From Undibacterium sp. (GTDB taxonomy: Bacteria; Pseudomonadota; Gammaproteobacteria; Burkholderiales; Burkholderiaceae_D), in assembly GCA_025359635.1 (NCBI GenBank), contig JANYFV010000196.1, positions 1 to 47,865 of the forward strand: a DNA stretch of 47,865 bases, in the 5' to 3' direction. The notes under the pieces are model-generated. The model worked only from the letters and a program-made list of their open reading frames with translations, did no database searches and was not told the origin of the DNA. Positions within the stretch are counted from its first letter, which is position 1. Each line of letters opens with the position of its first letter. This document shows positions 46,690 to 47,865 of this stretch, in pieces. The position numbers and the translations under genes were made by a program.

Positions 46690-46746
46690 ACGGAATAGGA
46701 ATAAAAACTTAAGCCAGAAATAAATTATTTATTTCCATTAAGTAAT

Positions 46747-46773
46747 TAAATATTTCAAAACATCGTCCGTTAC
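46747..46773 (+). promoter_or_regulatory. Putative sigma28 promoter 2 of flagellin
   Basis: TAAA-N15-TCCGTTAC. Confidence 0.55.
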
Positions 46774-46861
46774 CAAATTCAACGGCGGTCCGATTGTCAA
46801 ATAAAGACAGACCAAAGTTTAAGGCGACTCGCCAAATCTGAATAACTTAGGGAGAATCAAA

Positions 46862-47865
46862 ATGTCCTCAATGATCAATACCAATATCGTTTCGTTGAAT
46901 GCACAGCGCAACTTAACGACGTCACAAACATCACTCGCAACGGCGATGCAGCGCTTGTCATCCGGTTTGCGCATCAATAGTGCGAAAGACGATGCAGCTG
47001 GCCTGGCGATTTCTCAGCGTATGACGTCACAAATCGGCGGCTTGAACCAAGCAGCACGTAACGCCAATGACGGTATCTCTCTTGCGCAAACTGCCGAGGG
47101 TGATTTATCTCAAATCGGTAATAACTTACAACGTATTCGTGACTTGGCAGTGCAAGCAGCCAACGGTACCAATAGCGCCTCAGATCGTGCAGCGCTGAAC
47201 AATGAAGCAACTCAGCTGATTTCCGAAATTAACCGTGTTGCTGGTTCGTCTAACTTCAACGGCGTTAATTTGCTCGATGGTAGTTTTGCCAATCAAACCT
47301 TCCAAGTCGGTGCCAACGGTACTTCCAACGATCAAATCACTGTCGGCTCGATTGCCAGCGCGAAGACATCTTCACTTGGTGTTGGTGCTGGTGCAGGATA
47401 CTCTTCAATTGTAGGTGGTAGTGCGGCAACCGCAGATGCCTTGGGCTCAGGCGGATTAACACTGAATGGTTACAATGTCGGCGCATCAACCACTGACGGT
47501 GTTTCATTTAAAGATTCACAAGCCAGTGCGATTGCCAAAGCAGCCGCAATTAATGCTGTGTCATCAACTACTGGTGTTATAGCAACTGCACAAGCAAATA
47601 CTGTTGCAGGTACAGCCTTAGCTGCTGCATCTTCAGCAGCTGTTGTAGCGGGCGATATCAAAATTAACGGTGTTGATCTTGGGCCGATTGCTGCTGCCAC
47701 ATCCAAAGCAGAACGCGGCGCGCAAACAACAGCTGCAGTGAATGCAAAATCATCACAAACTGGTGTTACAGCAACCTATGATGCCACCACAGGTGCGGTT
47801 TCTTTGAACGCAGCAGATGGCCGCAATATCACCCGCTACAACAGCTGCTGAAGATGCAGCAGCTA
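46862..47865 (+). CDS. fliC: Flagellin (partial; apparent 1-nt insertion near 47832 and truncated by the window end)
   Basis: [14 protein letters not shown]...[20 protein letters not shown]...[14 protein letters not shown]...FQVGAN; the conserved C-terminal domain is absent. Confidence 0.95.

Noticed and set aside
47540-47780. Internal repeat in flagellin ([12 protein letters not shown] / [12 protein letters not shown])
   Set aside because: Matches the known repeated IN-type motif of flagellin variable domains; not novel.

Overview
The window has two parts. Positions 1-~19170 are a GC-rich accessory island, with all intact genes on the minus strand, lying just downstream of the 3' end of tRNA-Arg(TCT). 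It holds a two-unit catabolic cluster. Unit 1 is a saccharopine-dehydrogenase-like enzyme plus an aldehyde dehydrogenase. Unit 2 is DUF1329, DUF1302, an RND/MMPL protein, a YCF48-like protein, an amidase, an APC permease, a flavin amine oxidase, a second aldehyde dehydrogenase, a second amidase and a TetR regulator cut by the window edge. A decayed IS3 fragment lies next to the tRNA. Non-coding features of the island: three AT-rich hairpin elements built from 9-bp periodic CACGAAAnn units (one contains a second CACGGCGnn element nested inside it), and the same 20-bp palindrome AACCGA-N8-TCGGTT in front of both units. Positions ~19170-47865 are lower-GC betaproteobacterial core genome (Burkholderiales, probably Oxalobacteraceae; inferred): glmM, folP, ftsH, rlmE, yhbY, greA, carB, carA, GlcG-like, NlpC/P60, patatin, tRNA-Ser(TGA), hemW, rdgB, rph, PP2C phosphatase, Ser/Thr kinase, yicC, gmk, rpoZ, spoT, DUF3422, greB, an orphan response regulator with Glu at the phospho-acceptor position, a GGDEF protein, and a flagellin that is frameshifted just before the window end. 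All calls were made by eye from motifs and synteny; no searches were run.
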